Below, one piece after another: positions 61,601 to 64,000 of a stretch of DNA of 64,000 bases. Source of the DNA: Eledone cirrhosa (taxonomy: Eukaryota); the NCBI GenBank assembly GCA_964016885.1, contig OZ024741.1, forward strand, positions 408,084,001 through 408,148,000, given 5' to 3'. Every line of letters starts with the position of its first letter. The stretch's first letter is position 1. Below the pieces are notes generated by a model. That model was not told where the DNA came from. It ran no database searches and was given only the letters and a program-made list of their open reading frames with translations. Made by a program: the position numbers and the translations under genes.

Positions 61601-64000
61601 CATGGCTGGGTTACTGGAAGGTTAGCAGGTTTGTTGGGTGGATGTCTGGGTAACTGGAAGGTTAGCAGGTTTGTTGGATGGAAGGCTGGGTAATTGGAAG
61701 GTTAGCAGGATTATTGGGTAGATGGCTAGGTAACTGGAAGGTTAGCTGGTTTGTTGGGTGGATGGCTGGGTAACTGGAAGGTTAACAGGTTTGTTGGGTG
61801 GATGGCTGAGTAACTGGAAGGTTAGCAGTTTTGTTGGGTGGATGGCTGGGTATTTGGAAGATTAGCAGGTTTGTTGGGTGGATGGCTGGGTAACTGGAAG
61901 ATTAGCAGGTTTGTTGGGTAGATGGCTGGGTAACTAGGAGGTTAACAGGTCTGTTGGGTGGATGGCTGAGTAACTAGAAGGTTAACAGGTTTGTTGGGTG
62001 GATGGCTGGGTAACTGGAAGGTTAACAGGTTTGTTGGGTGGATGGCTGGGTAACTGGAAGTTTAATAGGTTTGTTGGCTGGATGGCTGGGTAACTGGAAG
62101 GTTAGCAGATTTGTTGGGTGGATGCCTGGGTAACTGGAAGTTTAGCAGGTTTGTTGGGTGCATGGCTGGGTTACTGGAAGGTTAGCAGGTTTGTTGGGTG
62201 GATTGCTGGGTAACTGGAAGGTTAGCAGGTTTGTTGGATGGATGGCTGGGTACTGAAAGGTTAGCAGGTTTGTTGGGTGGATGGCTGGGTAACTGGAAGT
62301 TTAGCAGGTTTGTTGGGTGGATGGCTGGGTAACTGGAAGGTTAGCAGGTTTGTTGGGTGGATGGCTGGGTAACTGGAAGATTAACAGGTTTGTTGGGTGG
62401 ATGGCTGGGTAACTGGAAGGTTAGCAGGTTTGTTGGGTGGATGGCTGGGTAACTGGAAGATTAACAGGTTTGTTGGGTGGATGGCTGGGTAACTGGAAGG
62501 TTAGCAGGTTTGTTGGGTGGATGGCTGGGTAACTGGAAGATTAACAGGTTTGTTGGGTGGATGGCTGGGTAACTGGAAGGTTAACAGGTAAGTTGGGTGG
62601 ATGGCTGTGTAACTGAAAGGTTAACAGGTTTGATGGGTGGATGGCTGGGTAACTGGAAGGTTAATAGGTTTGTTGGCTGGATGGCTGGGTAACTGGAAGG
62701 TTAGCAGGTTTGTTGGGTGGATGGCTGGGTAACGGAAAGTTAACATGTTTTTTGGGTGGAGGGCTGGGTAACTGGAAGGTTAGCAGATTTGTTGGGTGGA
62801 TGCCTGGGTAACTGGAAGTTTAGCAGGTTTGTTGGGTGCATGGCTGGGTTACTGGAAGGTTAGCAGGTTTGTTGGGTGGATGGCTGGGTACTGGAAGGTT
62901 AGCAGGTTTGTTGGATGGATGGCTGGGTACTGAAAGGTTAGCAGGATTGTTGGGTAGATGGCTAGGTAACTGGAAGGTTAGCTGGTTTGTTGGGTGGATG
63001 GCTGGGTAACTGGAAGGTTAGCAGGTTTGTTGGGTGGTGGCTGAGTAACTGGAAGGTTAGCAGTTTTGTTGGGTGGATGGCTGGGTATTTGGAAGATTAG
63101 CAGGTTTGTTGGGTGGATGGCTGGGTAACTGGAAGATTAGCAGGTTTGTTGGGTGGATGGCTGGGTAACTGGGAGGTTAACAGGTCTGTTGGGTGGATAG
63201 CTGAGTAACTGGAAGGTTAACAGGTTTGTTGGGTGGATGGCTGGGTAACTGGAAGGTTAACAGGTTTGTTGGGTGGATGGCTGGGTAACTGGAAGGTTAA
63301 TAGGTTTGTTGGCTGGATGGCTGGGTAACTGGAAGGTTAGCAGGTTTGTTGGGTGGATGGCTGGGTAACGGAAGGTTAACAGGTTTTTTGGGTGGATGGC
63401 TGGGTAACTGGAAGGTTAGCAGATTTGTTGTGTGGATGCCTGGGTAATTGGAAGTTTAGCAGGTTTGTTGGGTGCATGGCTGGGTTACTGGAAGGTTAGC
63501 AGGTTTGTTGGGTGGATGGCTGGGTAACTGGATGGTTAGCAGGTTTGTTGGATGGATGGCTGGCTACTGAAAGGTTAGCTGGTTTGTTGGGTGGATGGCT
63601 GGGTAACTGGAAGGTTAACAGGTTTGTTGGGTGGATGGCTGAGTAACTGGAAGGTTAATAGGTTTGTTGGGTGGATGGCTGAGTAACTGGAAGTTTAGCA
63701 GGTTTGTTGGGTGGATGGCTGGGTAACTGGAAGGTTAGCAGGTTTGTTGGGTGGATGGCTGGGTAACTGGAAGATTAACAGTTTTGTTGGGTGGATGGCT
63801 GGGTAACTGGAAGGTTAACAGGTAAGTTGGGTGGATGGCTGTGTAACTGGAAGGTTAACAGGTTTGTTGGGTGGATGGCTGGGCAACTGGAAGGTTAATA
63901 GGTTTGTTGGCTGGATGGCTGGGTAACTGGAAGGTTAGCAGGTTTGTTGGGTGGATGGCTGGGTACCGGAAGGTTAATAGGTTTGTTGGGTGGATGGCTG

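Larger units (their letters stand above)
6729..64000. repeat. Satellite B: uninterrupted array of a 40-bp G/T-rich monomer, about 1430 copies, truncated by the right window edge
   Basis: Consensus GGGTAACTGGAAGGTTAGCAGGTTTGTTGGGTGGATGGCT (18 G, 12 T, 7 A, 3 C). Common variants are GAGTAA, TTAACA and TTAATA, with occasional 39- or 41-bp units. I saw a single orientation and no insertion. Confidence 0.99.

Noticed and set aside
1-64000. CRISPR array or diversity-generating cassette array
   Set aside because: Monomers are contiguous with no unique spacers, there are no cas, RT or recombinase genes, and the context is eukaryotic.
6729-64000. True telomeric repeat tract
   Set aside because: There is no tandem (TTAGGG)n, only isolated rotated hexamers within a 40-bp unit.

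Overview
This is eukaryotic, non-genic, heterochromatin-type DNA with no intact protein-coding gene; the SINE remnant suggests an octopus or other cephalopod, based on recalled consensus only. Two long tandem arrays flank a unique island of about 800 bp. Satellite A (1 to ~5920, open at the left edge) has a 54-bp monomer with an (AAC)n core and about 110 copies. Satellite B (~6729 to 64000, open at the right edge) has a G/T-rich 40-bp monomer, about 1430 copies, and nested higher-order duplications of 1.1-10.9 kb. On the minus strand the island holds a decayed 3' end of a CRE-like (restriction-like endonuclease) non-LTR retrotransposon, followed by a tRNA-derived SINE remnant whose (ATT/GTT)n tail runs straight into satellite A. 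On the other side, a degenerate (TG)n then (GGNT)n microsatellite runs in phase into satellite B. The most interesting signal is that both satellites appear to preserve their microsatellite birth sites at this island, with strand skew inverting across it. The ORFs in the track are repeat artefacts, except 6162-6455, whose first 41 codons are the retrotransposon remnant. I found no evidence of a new protein-based system.
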